From: Euprymna scolopes
Lineage: Eukaryota
NCBI GenBank assembly: GCA_053919585.1
Contig: CM132800.1
Direction: 5' to 3' (one strand)
Length of the DNA stretch: 64,000 nucleotides
Every line of letters begins with the position of its first letter. The stretch's first letter is position 1. A program made the position numbers and the translations under genes. The notes beneath the pieces were generated by a model, which saw nothing but the letters and a program-made list of their open reading frames with translations, was not told the DNA's origin and did no database searches. Positions 14,012 to 28,727 of this stretch are shown here, in pieces.

Positions 14012-14690
14012 GCAAGCGTCAAAGCCTGTTGCCAAGGTCGCTAGACAAATGGTAGGATCCTTCTACCACTTCAGAAGATATCTCACTGCTGATGCAATTC
14101 TTTATCTATATAAAAGTCAAGTACGTCCAAGGATGGAGTTCTACTGCCACATCTGGGGAGGAGCTGCTAAAAACAACCTATCTGGCCGTGACAGAGTACA
14201 AGATAGACTTCGTAGCTTAGTAGGGTGTCCTTTTCTCTTCCCTGCAACCTCTCTCCCACTGAAGATACATTGCGAGTCTGTCTTTGTTTTATTGTTATTT
14301 CCATGGCAAGTGCTTATCTGAGCTCCAATCTCTGATCCCTCTCGCCAATCACAAAAAACACGCGTCTAGCTGAAACCACTGTCAATAATTTCCCTCACTC
14401 TTTATCTTTGCCGAAATCAAAACGTAGATTCCATTAACACAGCTTCTTTCTTAGAAGTGCACGCGTGTGGAACTCTCTTCCTTTTGCCTGTTTCAACCTC
14501 ACTGCAACTTGGATGTCTTCAAGTCTAACACAAACAAATTCCTGATAAACCGCTCCCTTAAGTAAGATACTTTATCAAATCTCCATTACTAACGATTACT
14601 AGGATATTATTCCATTGATTACTGTACACGCAATAACTCTTATCGCCGAGTGGCTTCCGGGCCTTGATAAGTGCTGACTACCATATACAA
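14012..14690 (+). mobile_element. 5'-truncated CR1-group (Zenon-like) LINE: RT C-terminus plus 3' UTR
   Basis: Translation LYLYKSQVRPRMEFYCHIWGGA...DRVQ is typical of the post-RT region of CR1-group LINEs. The 3' UTR gagtggc..gccttgataagtg is shared with 30790 and 55270. Confidence 0.8.
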
Positions 14691-14782
14691 ATCAGCAGAA
14701 AACTTAATAGAAATTTATTTACTTTTACCGTTTAGGATGGAGCTACTTTACAATTAAAAATTCTATTTTAATTCAATGATCA

Positions 14783-14843
<61 letters not shown>

Positions 14844-16074
14844 ATTGTTGCTTTCTTAATAAAAAATGTTATGTTTCAGCTTGGTTTGTAAACTGAAGTA
14901 GTACCGAAATATCGTTCGAAATTTTAACTTTTTTACTTCGAACTGATTTGATTTTCATTGGGAACATGTGGAATGTCTTATAAAAAGTACATTAACAATT
15001 TGATCATAATTGGATTCTCTAAATTACTGGTCCATATTGTTGCTAATAAAATTCAGTATCGAATATTATTTTGGCATTTTATCATGGCCTTAAAACGGCC
15101 GATGATGGGCAAAATGCTTTAAGTATTTTATAGTTTATAGCAATAGAAACTCCCATACAAAATGTCAACGTTACTAGATTAATATCTATTGAGGCATTGC
15201 CGTTTGAATAGAATAATGTCAGAAATGAAATATAAAAATCCGATAAAAACAAAGATCACGGGCAATCCTTACGTATGCCATCTACAAAACTCACTCATAC
15301 TCTTGTAAGGCATCAGATATTTTCAATGTTGACACTCATGATTTTAGTGTATTTCTGTATTAGCCAACAAAACTGATTAAGAATAACTGAAGTAAATGTT
15401 GTCTTAATTACTCATACCTACGATACGTACGTCCAATGATGGAGTTTGAAAGAGAAATATAATAATAAATTTTTAATTCTCTAGAAAATTAGATAGAGGT
15501 CACGTGTCATTTTACAAAACTAGCGCATTAGGACAAACATATTTTGTCATAAAAAATACTTTAGCAAGACTATCTGTATTCCTCGGCAAGGATGCCCCGA
15601 GTGTTTAAAAATTAAACAATAAATAAACCATTTCTACAAACGGACGTTAAGTCTAGGAGGACTGATATTCTCAGACCGAATATAAAACGTCATTCAGCCA
15701 CACAACAAAAAGGGTTTTGCCAAACCGATTATACAGAGCNNNNNNNNNNNNNNNNNNNNNNNNNNNNNNNNNNNNNNNNNNNNNNNNNNNNNNNNNNNNN
15801 NNNNNNNNNNNNNNNNNNNNNNNNNNNNNNNNNNNNNNNNNNNNNNNNNNNNNNNNNNNNNNNNNNNNNNNNNNNNNNNNNNNNNNGATACAAATAAAAA
15901 AGTTGGTCTATTTTTATTACAGGAAAACAAAAACAATAACAAAGTGCTTTCTAATCTATTTTTGTATGATAAATACACATCTCGTATCAAAGCTCTTATA
16001 TAAGTACGCATTCACTAGATAACTGCATAAATGCCATATCTAGGTTTCCAAAATTATCCAACACAAAGAAAAAT

Positions 16075-16336
16075 AGTATTACTATTTAGTAATATGGGCT
16101 TTACTCTCCATAACAGCTTCCAAACGTTTCGAATACTTCCTTACAAGATTGTTAAAGATGTTAACTGGAATTTTATCCCCCTTTTCTCAGCAAATTTGTT
16201 TAAATTCTGTCAGATTCCTCGGATCTCTCTTTTGCATTATCACCTTCAACTCTCGCCACCGATTTTCAATTAGGTTGAGGTCAGATGATTGACTTGGCAA
16301 TCCTAATACCGTTCTTCCCTACTTCCAAAACGTTGC
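16075..16336 (-). mobile_element. Tc1 (DD34E-type) transposase C-terminal remnant
   Basis: Minus strand reads [22 protein letters not shown]...KRLEAV...HITK, matching Tc1 WPSQSPDLNPIENLW...KRL.AV..KG..TKY. Confidence 0.85.
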
Positions 16337-17052
16337 GCGTGTATATGAACATGTTCCAAAACGACGTACATGTTGAATAGTGGGATGTTTATTTTATCTG
16401 TATATTCATGTACGTGTAAACGTGTGGATGTATATCCCTCATATCATTTAGTTGATCGTCTAGTGTGTATATTTTAACATTTATGCAACGGCTTTTACAG
16501 GAAACAGTTTACGTGGACGTATGAAACCGTTGTAGACAACAGTTCTTTTACCAGGTGTAAACACAACATATACCTGAAAGTATATTAACATTTATTTTCA
16601 TGATTCCGGCCAGCATCTTAGCTGCCTGAGATAATGCCGCTCCCTGCCTCATGGAAATATCAACTCCCCTTTTAGTCGTTTTTTTTTTGTCTCTGAGGTT
16701 TAGCTAACGAATGATTAGACTCTCCCCAAATCTACATCTCATCACGTGTCTAAACCCTAATCGCGGACGTAATATAAATCTGATTATTTGTTTATCCAAA
16801 CCAAAAAATATGTTTTCCTGTATTTTCTAAAATCACATTCTTTTTGTAGTTGTTTATTATTTCAGTTTTTAATCACTTTTTCCAATCGAATTGTTTATTT
16901 TTCTTCTCGTAATAATCGATCCAGCGACCTGCCGATGGTCCAATCAAATGATAATAATAATAATAATAATAATAATAATGTTTGACACTTGCCCCCGGCC
17001 ACCACAGTTAACACAGATACTACTCTATGGTCAAAGCCAAATGGTTACAACA

Positions 17053-17463
17053 TTGCATAAGCCCTTTGCTTCGGATCGTTGCCCTGCTGGAATATCCAAC
17101 CATTCAAATTCTCTGCAGACTTCGAGAGATTATCGTCGGGTATAGCCCGATACATCTAAGAATTCATTTTCCCAAACCATTATATTTCCACCACAAAACT
17201 TCACTGTAGGTATAGCATTCTTTGGGTCAAACGCATAGATCTTCTGTCTTCAGGCATGACGTACATTATTTTGACCAAATAACTCAATTTTCGTTTCGTC
17301 TGACTATAATATTTAATCCCCAAAAACATAAAATTTCTTCAAATATTCTTTGGCTGATTTCAGACGCTTCTTTATATGAATCAGCTTTAACAAAGGAGTT
17401 TTTCTTTGTTTCCGCGATTGGAATTCTTTCTTTCAATACACAGTTCTTATTGTATTCTTGCAT
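17053..17463 (-). mobile_element. Tc1 transposase central remnant (same element as 16075-16336)
   Basis: Minus strand reads SDETKIELFGQN...AFDPKNAIPTVKFCGGNIMVW and WIFQQGNDPKQ, matching Tc1 WSDETKIELFG, PTVKHGGG and FQQDNDPKH. Confidence 0.85.
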
Positions 17464-18162
17464 NNNNNNNNNNNNNNNNNNNNNNNNNNNNNNNNNNNNN
17501 NNNNNNNNNNNNNNNNNNNNNNNNNNNNNNNNNNNNNNNNNNNNNNNNNNNNNNNNNNNNNNNNNNNNNNNNNNNNNNNNNNNNNNNNNNNNNNNTAGCG
17601 GTTCTCATCTATAATTATGTTTCGTATTATTTACTTCTGACATCGATAACTTCGGGCTTGCTATGTAATCTTTAATGAAAGTCGATATGAAAAGAAATAT
17701 CTGGACGATCAGAAAATGTACTATTATATTTGAATTCAAACTAGACAGTGCATTAATAAAAATGGCCGCTGGTTACATTTGGAAAGGACCCCATGCTTCG
17801 TTGAACGACAGCTTGCCTAATGCCATATGTTAACAGAAGTAACGTTTATTTTTATTTTTATTTTATTCTATCTCTTTTTCTCTCTTTCCCCCTTATATCG
17901 CAAACGCTGACACGAACTCACTCCCCGATTCTCCCCGATTCATGGGTAAGCTTGTAGAATGGCACACCTGACGCGAAATGAAATGACTGCGTGTCCGAGG
18001 TGTATAAAGACTTACACTGACTTGCAACATTTAATTAGAAGTGTGACGGAATTAATATAAACATTACACGACATAAAACGAAGTACTTCTAATTCATTAA
18101 GAATGCACATATATCTACGTAATATATAGGTGCCGGTGATAGTGTGCTGCTGCTGCTGCGAC

Positions 18163-18252
<90 letters not shown>

Positions 18253-18508
18253 TACGGGCAAGATTTGAAAATCCTATTAGTTCCTATTCGTTAGTTTCAA
18301 AAAGTGGAGAGACTTGAATACGAGTTTGGTTTTGCAATGTTGGGAAACTTCAACTAATCAGAAATGTTACGCTCTAGATTGGGACAAAAATTATAATAAT
18401 CGTCTTACTCTCTTGGGTGGAAATGGTACATCTTTCCCCTTATTACTATTAAAAGTAAATAACATTTTTGTTGCTGTCAGTTGTAAAATATAACGCAAAT
18501 ACAATAGA

Positions 18509-19040
18509 AAACAAGTGAATCATGCATGGCCCTCCCATGAGTGCACAGTGAACGAGGCATAAAAAATGACTAAGTTAAGCATTTCCCCTCCTCATTTAGC
18601 CCCAAAAGTATTCAAAGGCTTAACATGTTTAAATTTGAGTTCACCACCATATAAAACTGTGAAATAGACATGTACAGAAAATTGTGGAGAGATATGGTAA
18701 AATAGTCCCCAAAACGTTTTCATTAGCCCTAAAAGAGACCCTGGGGCACACCCAAGAGATATCGCGAAATCAGTTAGTTACAATTTTCAGAAATTTGTAT
18801 AGAAATCCAACGAATCAGTTTTTTTTTTAAGAAGCACAAAGGTGTCAATTTTAGCGATTTTAACCCGAAAGGCACCTCTGTGGAAAATCCGTTCTGTTAC
18901 ATTTTTACTCATATCATGTTTTATGTTTGTGCAAAATTTCAAAAATTTCAAGGCGTAGTTATTGAGAAAACTGCGAACAGACGAACGGACGAACGGACGA
19001 GGGTGAATTTTCAGGTTGGGCCTCCTTCTCCAGGTTGACA
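18509..19040 (+). mobile_element. Helentron/DINE-1-like non-autonomous element
   Basis: Begins AACAAG, has an internal tgtgcaaaatttcaaaaa block, and has a subterminal cagacgaacggacgaacggacg microsatellite before a GC-rich end. It lies between the two copies of a local duplication. Confidence 0.5.
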
Positions 19041-19475
19041 AATTAGAAATACTTATATGACTAGGAAACATAGTTGCAGGTGGTAGTTCTGCTATTGCTA
19101 CTGATCATGTTGCTGATGCTGCTGCTGCTGATGATGATGATGATGATTCGAACAAGATTAGCAAATCCCATTAGTTCCTGTTCATTTTTTCACCAAGTGG
19201 GCAGAGTTAGACTCAAGTTCGGTTTGTAATGTTGGGAAAACTAACTGAACAAACTAAGAAAGTTTCACTTGAGATTAGTCAATCAAATATTTTAAATGGC
19301 CTTACTCTACAGGTATGTATTTTTATTAACACGGAGCAGAAATGCTGATGCATATGATTGATAGACAGATACTATAACTTTCTCCTAACTCTTCTTAATA
19401 GTACAGAACAATATCGTTGCCGTCGCAGGTACAATAGATGATGATGATGATGATAAGTATGACGATGACGATGAC

Positions 19476-19506
<31 letters not shown>

Positions 19507-19799
19507 CAGTTAGTCTTTATTACATACACCACCACATCACATATCGTTTATTACGCTGTTTGTTTACATGTACGCATGCGTAGATCAGTTTAGTAGAAAT
19601 GGGTGGAAGTAAATACGATGTTTTCACTTGAAATAATTATTTTATAGATAAGATTTATTCAGTTCCGATAGTTCTGGGTAATTATTTCGTAAAGTAATCG
19701 GTTTGAAGTCATTAATCCTCGAAATCACCCAAAATTGATGCTTAGCATATACGAAGGCAGACTAGGCGGTGGGACAGAAATCGGTGTCTTGCAATAGAA

Positions 19800-20310
19800 G
19801 AATCGTTATGAACGACCCTTTGGTGGACACAAACAGAATACTCTTTTCCCGGCTTATTCAAGCAGTTCACCAAGGACCTGGGTAAGGATAGAGACTGCTT
19901 TCCTTACTTGTCTCATGCTTCTCCAGGATTGAGCGTGAAAAGAAGGAATTCTGGCGTCTTTGAGGGTCCTCATATTTGGCAGCGCAGAGTTTGATAACTA
20001 AATAAACAAAGCGGTACAAGGGAGGCATTTGTTCTGGCAGTGAAGTACTTTCTGTGTAACCATAAGGTCAGAAAAATCGGAGAACTCGTCAACAACGTGC
20101 TGAATGCTTTCAGATACCTGGCCTAGCACGTTGGCATCAGAATGCGTTACCTCTTTACACATATTATCGGTTTCCTGAGAACTTGAGTTAAACGAGTGAC
20201 GAGCAGGGGTAAAGATTTGAACAGCACTTAAAAAGGATAAAAACTGCGTATCAGGGTCGTTGAGAAAGGTAATGGTGGCAAACTACTGTTGGAAACTGAA
20301 GAGACATATT
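19800..20310 (+). mobile_element. Chapaev3-type (CMC superfamily) transposase remnant
   Basis: Decayed translation GLFKQFTKDLGKDRDCF..GVFEGPHI..FL.NHK..FPENLS.TSDEQG.RF..YQGR..MVANYCWKLKR matches the family signature FPENLG..SDEQGERFHQ...YQGRW...MMADYCW. Confidence 0.75.
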
Positions 20311-20446
20311 TTACCGTTGAAAATTTAATAGTTCGAAGAAACGGGGCTTTGAGCCAAAACGCTTAGAACACTGACAAATCAAGAGGTTCTACCAACAGGT
20401 AGAATTTAGAAGGTTGTGCATGAGTATCGTCTAGAGGACTTCTTAA

Positions 20447-20494
<48 letters not shown>

Positions 20495-22597
20495 CATATA
20501 TATAATAAACGACTATGGCAATAATAATAATTTAGGAAGGTTATGAAAGAAATAGAAATAGTCATATAATGACGGCGAAGTTAAGTTCAATTCTCTTGTT
20601 GATTGGAAAGTTGTGTGCAAAGATAAGAAGTGCTTCCGAACTTCTTAGATCACCGAGGTTTACAAGTGAGACAATAATGGGGACTTTAGTGTTACTTAAA
20701 TTAATGTATTCCTAGAATCATGGGACTGTAGTTTCCGAATGATCTTTTGATGCGTGCGTGCAAAATATAGTAAGATTTATAACACGTAGCACTTTGAAGG
20801 ATATAAACAACATTTACGCCTGAGATATAAATCGGGCATTTATATTCAGAAGAATTATTCATGTGTTTGTAAAGGGAGGTATGCTAGTAAAAATTATCAG
20901 TATAGATGTTTTTCTATGACATTTCGTTAGGGTCAATTTTTAAATTAGAGATCCTACCCTCGAAAAATTACAGTTACTACAATATGCCTTATATAAATAC
21001 GTTCATATATAGAGAGTGTTAAACAAATATATATATACTAAAATAACAAAAATTACAATCATTTGTTAATTTGTCAATTTGTATTCCTATGTCATTTCCA
21101 TCATTAATATATCCTTTGTTAACTGAATTTTAATTTAAGAAGCCGTATATTCAGACGGCCTGATCTGCTAACACCAGAAATGATAAGAGAAATGAGACGA
21201 AATATTAAAACTAAAAACAAAATATGAAGGGAAACATGCTGAGAGCAGACATAGTACAAGAAGATAGATATATTAAATAATATATAAAGCAAATAATGAT
21301 TCTACGTGTTACGGATGGTAAGTTTGATAAAAAAAACACATCTAAAAAGGTTTTTAAAACTATCGGATTTAAAAATACTTCATCTAAATATTCGTGTAAA
21401 ATATTGGGTCTTATTGCAAAACTCTCTTTGTTGTACAATTGCTCGGAATATATTCACTGTTTCAAAGGTTGCAAATCTAATTGTGTACATTATTAATTCA
21501 GAAATGCTTGACATTTTGATGCAAGTCAAGGTACACTCATTTAAATCTGGCTTAAAACAATCAAAGTCAGCAAATTGCAACTATCCCTTCATTTATCTGG
21601 CACAATATCCAACAAATGGTCTAAAAAGTTTTCCTGATTTGTGCTACTATAGAAACGGCACTACACTGTAATCTAAGTTCGGGTATTTACGAAATGCTGA
21701 AATCAGGCAAGTCAACTTTTCTGGTGAAAGATTAAGACGTACGTCCAAGAAAAGAAATCAATAAAGTGCCACACATTAAATCAATAAAAATGTTTTCGGT
21801 GTTTCTATCTCTTTATCTCTGTTTTAATTTTATTTTCAGTTGAAGTTCTCAGAATTCAAGCGGCCCCTTCCTTTGGCTAACACGTGAATTATATATGAGA
21901 TACATAAACATTCGAATGTTCGATTAAAGTTCTTTATCTTCAAGATACTGAGTTAGTAAAGAAGAGATAAACACCCATTTTCTCTGCCCAATTGACCATT
22001 TCTATATTATATATTTTTTTAGTCTATTGGTCTTATTAGATGACGGAACACGAATTCATCTACTCATCTTGTGAAGTCGCAATCGTCGTTTATTTATACG
22101 AGATAACAGCACTTAGAAAAGGTGCACTATCTGTTGTAAAAGCTAATGTGGGTAAGTCATACGGAGGAGCTGTTGTTTGGGCTGCGAATACAGTGATTTT
22201 GAATATTTGTTTGCTGTTTATATATAGGGAATAATATGCCAGGCTGCCCTGACAAACTTGTGTAAAGAGAGATCTCAGACACGTCAGGATATTATCTAAC
22301 TGAAATCCAAGTTCTCCCCTGTTTTTACTGTGATGTAACACGTTTATATCTAATATATTTCCAGTTTAAAATGGTCACTTATTCTTGAGCGAGGATTAAC
22401 ATAACCTTCAAATAATTCTATATTCTTAGAAAAACAGATTTTCTTTAATATGAATAATTGTTCACAAGTAAAAGGTTATGACTTCCATTTAACGAAACAC
22501 GCACACAACTAAACCAAAACAATACGCGTCATTGCCACGTGATGTTTACTTTATGCAAATGTCAAAGTAAGTAACGCCAATATGCCAGCATACATTG

Positions 22598-22677
<80 letters not shown>

Positions 22678-22791
22678 GGAACTTCCACCAGAACAAACTG
22701 CGTAAGTTAGACTAAAGATAATGTAATAAGAATAGATACACGCACATACACGCCGACACACCAAAATGCGGATCACACACACACACACACA

Positions 22792-22861
<70 letters not shown>

Positions 22862-23251
22862 TGTATTTAGGAATAGAGCAAATTTTTAATCGTTTTTTTT
22901 TTGCCGGAAATTTGGCTACGAAGGGGCTAAAGTTCAAAATATTTTACCTCTGCGGTCTTTTCAGTAAATTTTGGGTCTAAACATTTGAAATTTTACGTAA
23001 AGGATATTCAGTCATGTGGCAATTTTTAATACGTTTTTGGGCGAAAATGTGGCTGTAAAGAGGTCTAAGTTGCTAGAGTTTACCTTTGCCGCCGTTACTA
23101 AACTCATTCGCCAATATTGGGTGTAAACACTTTAAATTTCAGATGTAGGTTTCCTGGACAGGAGTCAAACAGTTTAATATATATATATACGTATTTACAT
23201 AAATTTATGTCTAGTACATAGCGCCCAAGCAACGTTGGACTGAACTGGTAG
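22862..23251 (+). mobile_element. Helitron-like module-B copy
   Basis: Reverse complement of 325-775 (ggtctaaacatttgaaattttacgtaaaggatattcag), with a degenerate 3' end cccaagcaacgttgg..gtag|t. Confidence 0.6.
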
Positions 23252-23262
23252 TACACACACAC

Positions 23263-23315
<53 letters not shown>

Positions 23316-23497
23316 CATATATATATCATCTGAAAGCGATAGTGGTTGCATAGACACAACTCTTTACACGGTTATGTGTCTTAATTTAATGCAGTTTGTT
23401 TCCCTCTGCCATACTTTTACAGTATTCTTTCTATATATGGCATTTATATAAACGGTAAACGAAAAATTTCATTAACATTATAAACAACAGTGTCAGC

Positions 23498-23565
<68 letters not shown>

Positions 23566-24083
23566 CAACTTTAAGGAACGACACAAAATAGTCGAGAAGA
23601 GTTTAGGAGGATAAAACGGCCGAGGAGAGAAAGTACTAAACATAACTTTACTAAATTAGTGTGAAGCGAACTGGGATGTTATATAGGCTTAAGTTCCCAG
23701 GAAAACCAGAATCTCTAGTCTTTGGGAACGGCACACGACTTTTCTTGTTGCTGAAATGCATTTGAAAATGTTTTCGAAAGCGGTAGACAATACTGGAAAT
23801 CTTGGAGACTTATTGTCAGCCAGATTTCAAATTACACGTCTGGAGAATGCTTTATCATATGAGCGTCGTTTTCAAAATAAAGTGAATTATATAGGTGAAG
23901 AACTAGGGCGACGAGATACCTTTTCTGCTCTGCTTTTGAAACTCACATGATCAATATCTGCAAGACAGAGATAAAACGTCCATTCTATGAATGCATTATG
24001 TCAATCGTCAGGATAATTCTATTTGTAGTCTCCTCTGATCTATTCGGGTGGAATAAAATGCAGGAGGAATATTTTGGCCGGTT

Positions 24084-24119
<36 letters not shown>

Positions 24120-24189
24120 ATAATAATAATAATAATAATAAAAATAATAAAAAAGAAGAAGAAGAAGAAGAATAGTGCTAAGTTGGAAT

Positions 24190-24292
24190 TCAATGACGGA
24201 GAAGTGGTCCCAACATCACCTGAAAGCGGTAGTGGAATATGAAGATCGTAAGATTCGCTGGGATATTATGTTTCAGTGTGGCCGAGAGATAA

Positions 24293-24359
<67 letters not shown>

Positions 24360-24741
24360 CGAATATTGTCGTTGTGAAGAAAAAGCCCAATGAATGCCAA
24401 ATTATTGATGTGGCTTGCCCAAACGACATAAACTTAGCGGGCAAGAAGAATAAGAAACGACGGGACTATCAGTAACTGAGAGTGAAAGTTGCTAAGTCAT
24501 GAAATAAGAAAACTTCCAGCAAATATGCGCTTGGCTCAATTCCAGATGATCTTGATAAACGGCTGAACTGTTTGTTAATCAAGGACAACATCACCGTACT
24601 CCAGAAGTCAATTCTACTTCGCACAACAAACATCCTTGTAGACTTCTGTACTATGCTCACTAGCTTTTATGTAAATGCCCACTCTTGGGTGAAAAAAAAA
24701 AGAAAACGGTGGAATGCATTACAACACTGTGAAGTTTACGA

Positions 24742-24800
<59 letters not shown>
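24190..24800 (+). mobile_element. R4/Dong-type LINE 3' fragment (restriction-like endonuclease domain) with (AAT)n tail
   Basis: Translation EKWSQH.LKAVVE..KIRWD...NIVVV...CQIIDVACPND...LQKSILLRTTNIL. A (CA)n expansion lies inside it and an (AAT)n tail lies at 24744-24800. Confidence 0.8.
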
Positions 24801-25469
24801 GAATGTTATCATGATAACAACACTAATAGGAAAGACAATGGACAATTCCGAAAATCTTTTTAAAAAAATAATGATAGAGATTTGAATCACAAAAACGGCA
24901 GCAAATATTCCATCTGATAAAAATAATGAAAATTATTGAAATATTTAGGCAAACCGTCGAATATTTAAACTAATGCACATAAGACGAACATAGAAGCTGC
25001 TGCATATGTCAAACACAAAAAAAACAACAACATGGAATCATTAAAACTGAACATATATAATGGTAAGTTACGTCTCGTTGAAAAAATGATCGTGTCAGTA
25101 TAAACTGGCACCACACCAAGTAATCGAAGAAAGTCAAGGAGGATTAAAAGACCCCAGGAAGGAAAACACAAACAAGACAGCCACTGGGTAAATTGAATAC
25201 CAATGGTCGCTACCATAGTGCATAGAAATAATTGATATTAATGAAAAATCAATGGTAAACGGTTATTGTGATAATGCGAACAAACTTGAAGGGTTTATCG
25301 AAAGAGGTGGTTAATAATTGAAATCTGAGGAGACTCAAGTGAAAATCCGAGGTTGTTATCAAAGAGAATTCTTTGATGATAACCTTCTTAAATATTTTTT
25401 AGTGAGTAATAATAATGACAACAACAACAACAGCAATACTAATACTAATACTAATAATAATACTAATAC

Positions 25470-25506
<37 letters not shown>

Positions 25507-27849
25507 CCATGGGAAATGAAGCTGTAAATAATTTTCTCAAAATGCTTGTGATGAGTAAATGCCCTTGGCAGACTGAATACGAGATCAATCACAACTCATG
25601 TGCATGATTAACGAATATGGTGGTGAAAACTGGAGAAATGGTGAGAGAAATTTTCACTCAAAATCCACTGGACTCCACTTCTTTTTTCAGGGAGTTAATC
25701 TAAAACGTGTTTAATGATGCGAAAGGACACGCTTACAAACCCAACATATGATAGAAGGCCCTTCGGCTTATATTGATAAATTACTTTATATGTATAAAAT
25801 ATAAATAAAGCTTTACAGAAGCATTGTGTGTATATTCTACTGCCAATAATTCTTTGTACATAGTTATTCTAAAGTATTAATTGCATCGTTTGAAATAGAA
25901 ACTCTCCCTTTGAGAGAAATTTGTTAAAACATGCAATCTTATTGTTCAATTGATTTGCATGTACCGCATATTCGTCATATTTTAAATTGGTTAACATCAC
26001 AATGAAATACCAATCGTGAACAGTTTTTTTTTTTTTTTATCGCATAATGCGTATAAACTGGGACTGTTGATAAGGCCACTCAGGTATTTCGTGTAGAGAA
26101 GAATGTGTGTCGCATTGCGTCAATGTGCTCAATTACGGCACGTCACTCATTTTATGGGGTTTATCAAAACGAAACCGAAAGTCTCTTTTATATCCTTATT
26201 TCCTACTCCGTAACCCTGAGTGGTTTGCGTCGATAGAATCTGAAACAAAAACTTTCTCAATGCATAGCAATAGGCGCAAGTTTCATTTCTTTCGGGGCAA
26301 ATTTGTTTTATTCAGTCATTATGGTTTTTCTCGGGCGAAGTCTTAGAAATAGGGTGAAGATTTTATATTTGATTGTAGTTTGAGCTGTCATTTATCCATG
26401 CCATTACGAGAACTCTGCTGATCAATATTCTCAGGGGAATTAGAGACAAAATATTCGACAACCATTTCTGTCTCCTCGGAAATATTCTCCCCAAAGTCGC
26501 GTTCCATTAATCGTGCGATATCAATGATCTGTGTGACCCATCACTCTCATTTTGTTATGACACCTTAAAAAAAAAAACGAACAAAAAAACGAAACTGTCT
26601 TTGCTAATAACTTTTAATCTAGAAACAATGAGCTCCAATTTCTAATTCTATATATTGCACAGGCCAAAACTGCCAGTCCGTATACGACATGTACTTTTGT
26701 TAGTGCTTTGTGTCTAACGTCTGTGAGGTGAGATAAATAAACTCATTGGTTTGTTTAGCGAACTATTTTCGGTGCGTTTAAATCAGTCTCTTTTATCAGA
26801 CTTTAAACTTCTGCATCTCTGTTCGATGCATACTTTTTTTATATAGAATAACACAGTGCTCTCATTGATCAGCCTATGTTTAGTTCTAATATTAAGTTAT
26901 CAATATCGTTTCTTTGTTCGTCTGTATTCCATCTTATTAATGGGTTTAATTTCATGATTTGTACGCCTATGACATTTCGATCGGTTTCAGATCCTAAAAT
27001 AAACCAACTATTGTCTCTTTGATTTAAATGTGGAAACTTTTTTAATGTTGATTCAGTTCACTTCAAGGACATTCGGAAAAAAAGTATCTCCTTTTGTTCG
27101 TCCTTTCTTTATGTTTAGTCGGAATACGTCTCCATTTTACTCGTGCGATACTTATATATTTTTACTCAAATCCCAATTGGAAATTTTCTTACTAATCGAT
27201 CTATGCTTATGACGTTACAGAGGTCACTGTAGTTTAAAAGTCAAAGTGATTGTATACTGAACGATCAACGCCATCATGAGTATTTTAGTTAGCAATGGTT
27301 GACATATGTAGATTTCGATGATTTTTTGCCCAAACTCAACAAGTCTTTATAAAGCTTGAACGTAAAATCTGTAGTCAGTCGTCAAGAGATAATGGATTTT
27401 AAGAATGAAACTCTTCTGTGAGATAGTTCGTTTAGTATACAGACAGAAGGGGCACTTTTGTATTGGTTGTAGCCTGACGGTTCTTTTTGCGAATGTTAAC
27501 TTAGCAGAGAACCGACTACATTTTAAGCGACTATTTATACTGAATGTTTGCACATCCTCACGGGAGCAGAGTTAGAAAGACATTATGATTTTAATGTGGG
27601 GAACATTCAGTTCTATCATAATTAGCTCATTGGATATGGACGAAAATAAAAATTGTCTCAGTCGAGAAGGGTTTTTCTTTCATTGAGCCAGGAAAATAAA
27701 TATGAAGTATAGCGCCATAGCGACTACTACATCTTGATCCACGCGGGATTTATTTGTATATATGATCTGGCTAAGCGATTGTAAGGTGCTCTAATTTTAT
27801 ACGAAGCAGCACTATTTATCTAATCCAGTTTTCTACTCATAGAAACTTC

Positions 27850-28410
27850 TACATCAATTGGTATATACATAGTAGAAAATTGGAAACTAAGGTCACCTCC
27901 AGAATTGTCAGCAAGCATTGCAGACTTTTTTTATAGAAAGAAGACACATTTGGCTTCCACGAGTTTTGGCGAATGACAAATAAGATATTAAACAAATGCG
28001 CATCCTCTGTCTCGATAAAAATCAAAAGGTCTGAGGTTATTTCCTCAGCATCTGAGGAACCCCTTTTACTTTGCCAATACCCTGCAATTAATACCAATGT
28101 GATTACGCCCATTTACCTCTCGGATTTCCTCGTAAGACTGTAATGAGGTATATTCATAAGGTTGTCAAACGTATCAAGAACTTTGATGTCAGCAAGGCCA
28201 TTGGTACTTAAAAACTTGCAACCGGAACTAGCACCCATTCTTACAAACATATTAAATCGGGGCCTGTATGAGAAAGGCTACCTAAAACATAGGAAGCCAA
28301 TTAGATTTCTATACGTCATTAGTAAGTTGCTTAAATCAGTGTAAAATAGAGAAATCGTCAACAACCTCAGCAAAACAACCCATTCAGACAAGAAATATGA
28401 TTTCTCTGTC
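27850..28410 (+). mobile_element. CR1-group LINE fragment (pre-RT region / RT N-terminus)
   Basis: Translation EFWRMTNKILNK..EVISSASE and VVKRIKNFDVSKAIG..LKNLQPELAPILTNILNR. Confidence 0.7.
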
Positions 28411-28436
28411 GTGCGAGATCGAGTTTTAGTGTACTT

Positions 28437-28727
28437 GTTGTTGGTTTATTGGTTGCTTTGTTTTACGGCTTATCAACCCTTTTCATGTTATTATATGCCG
28501 AATCCAGTGATTTTGAAGAAAAAAATTTAATAGAATATACATATATTTTTTTGTTTTTTTTTAAGTTGGTTTCTGTTAAACCCATAGTTAGGACCCTAAC
28601 AGGTACTACCACTCCGAGTCAGAGTGGACCTGGGAGCAATGGCAATTACAGGGTGGCTCCATACTCCCCTAAGCCTTCTAGCTGTGGCCTTACCATCGTA
28701 TATAGTTTAACGTCATATCCCGGACCT
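28437..28727 (-). mobile_element. SINE-like retroposon, copy 1
   Basis: Aligns with 38450-38716 and 47740-48319 (ggaccctaacaggtactaccact..gtggacctgggagcaatggcaat). An (AACC)n-like tail lies at the minus-strand 3' end. Confidence 0.8.

Noticed and set aside
21306-21671. 121-aa ORF, possibly a hAT transposase remnant
   Set aside because: Only a vague resemblance; no diagnostic motif could be confirmed by eye.
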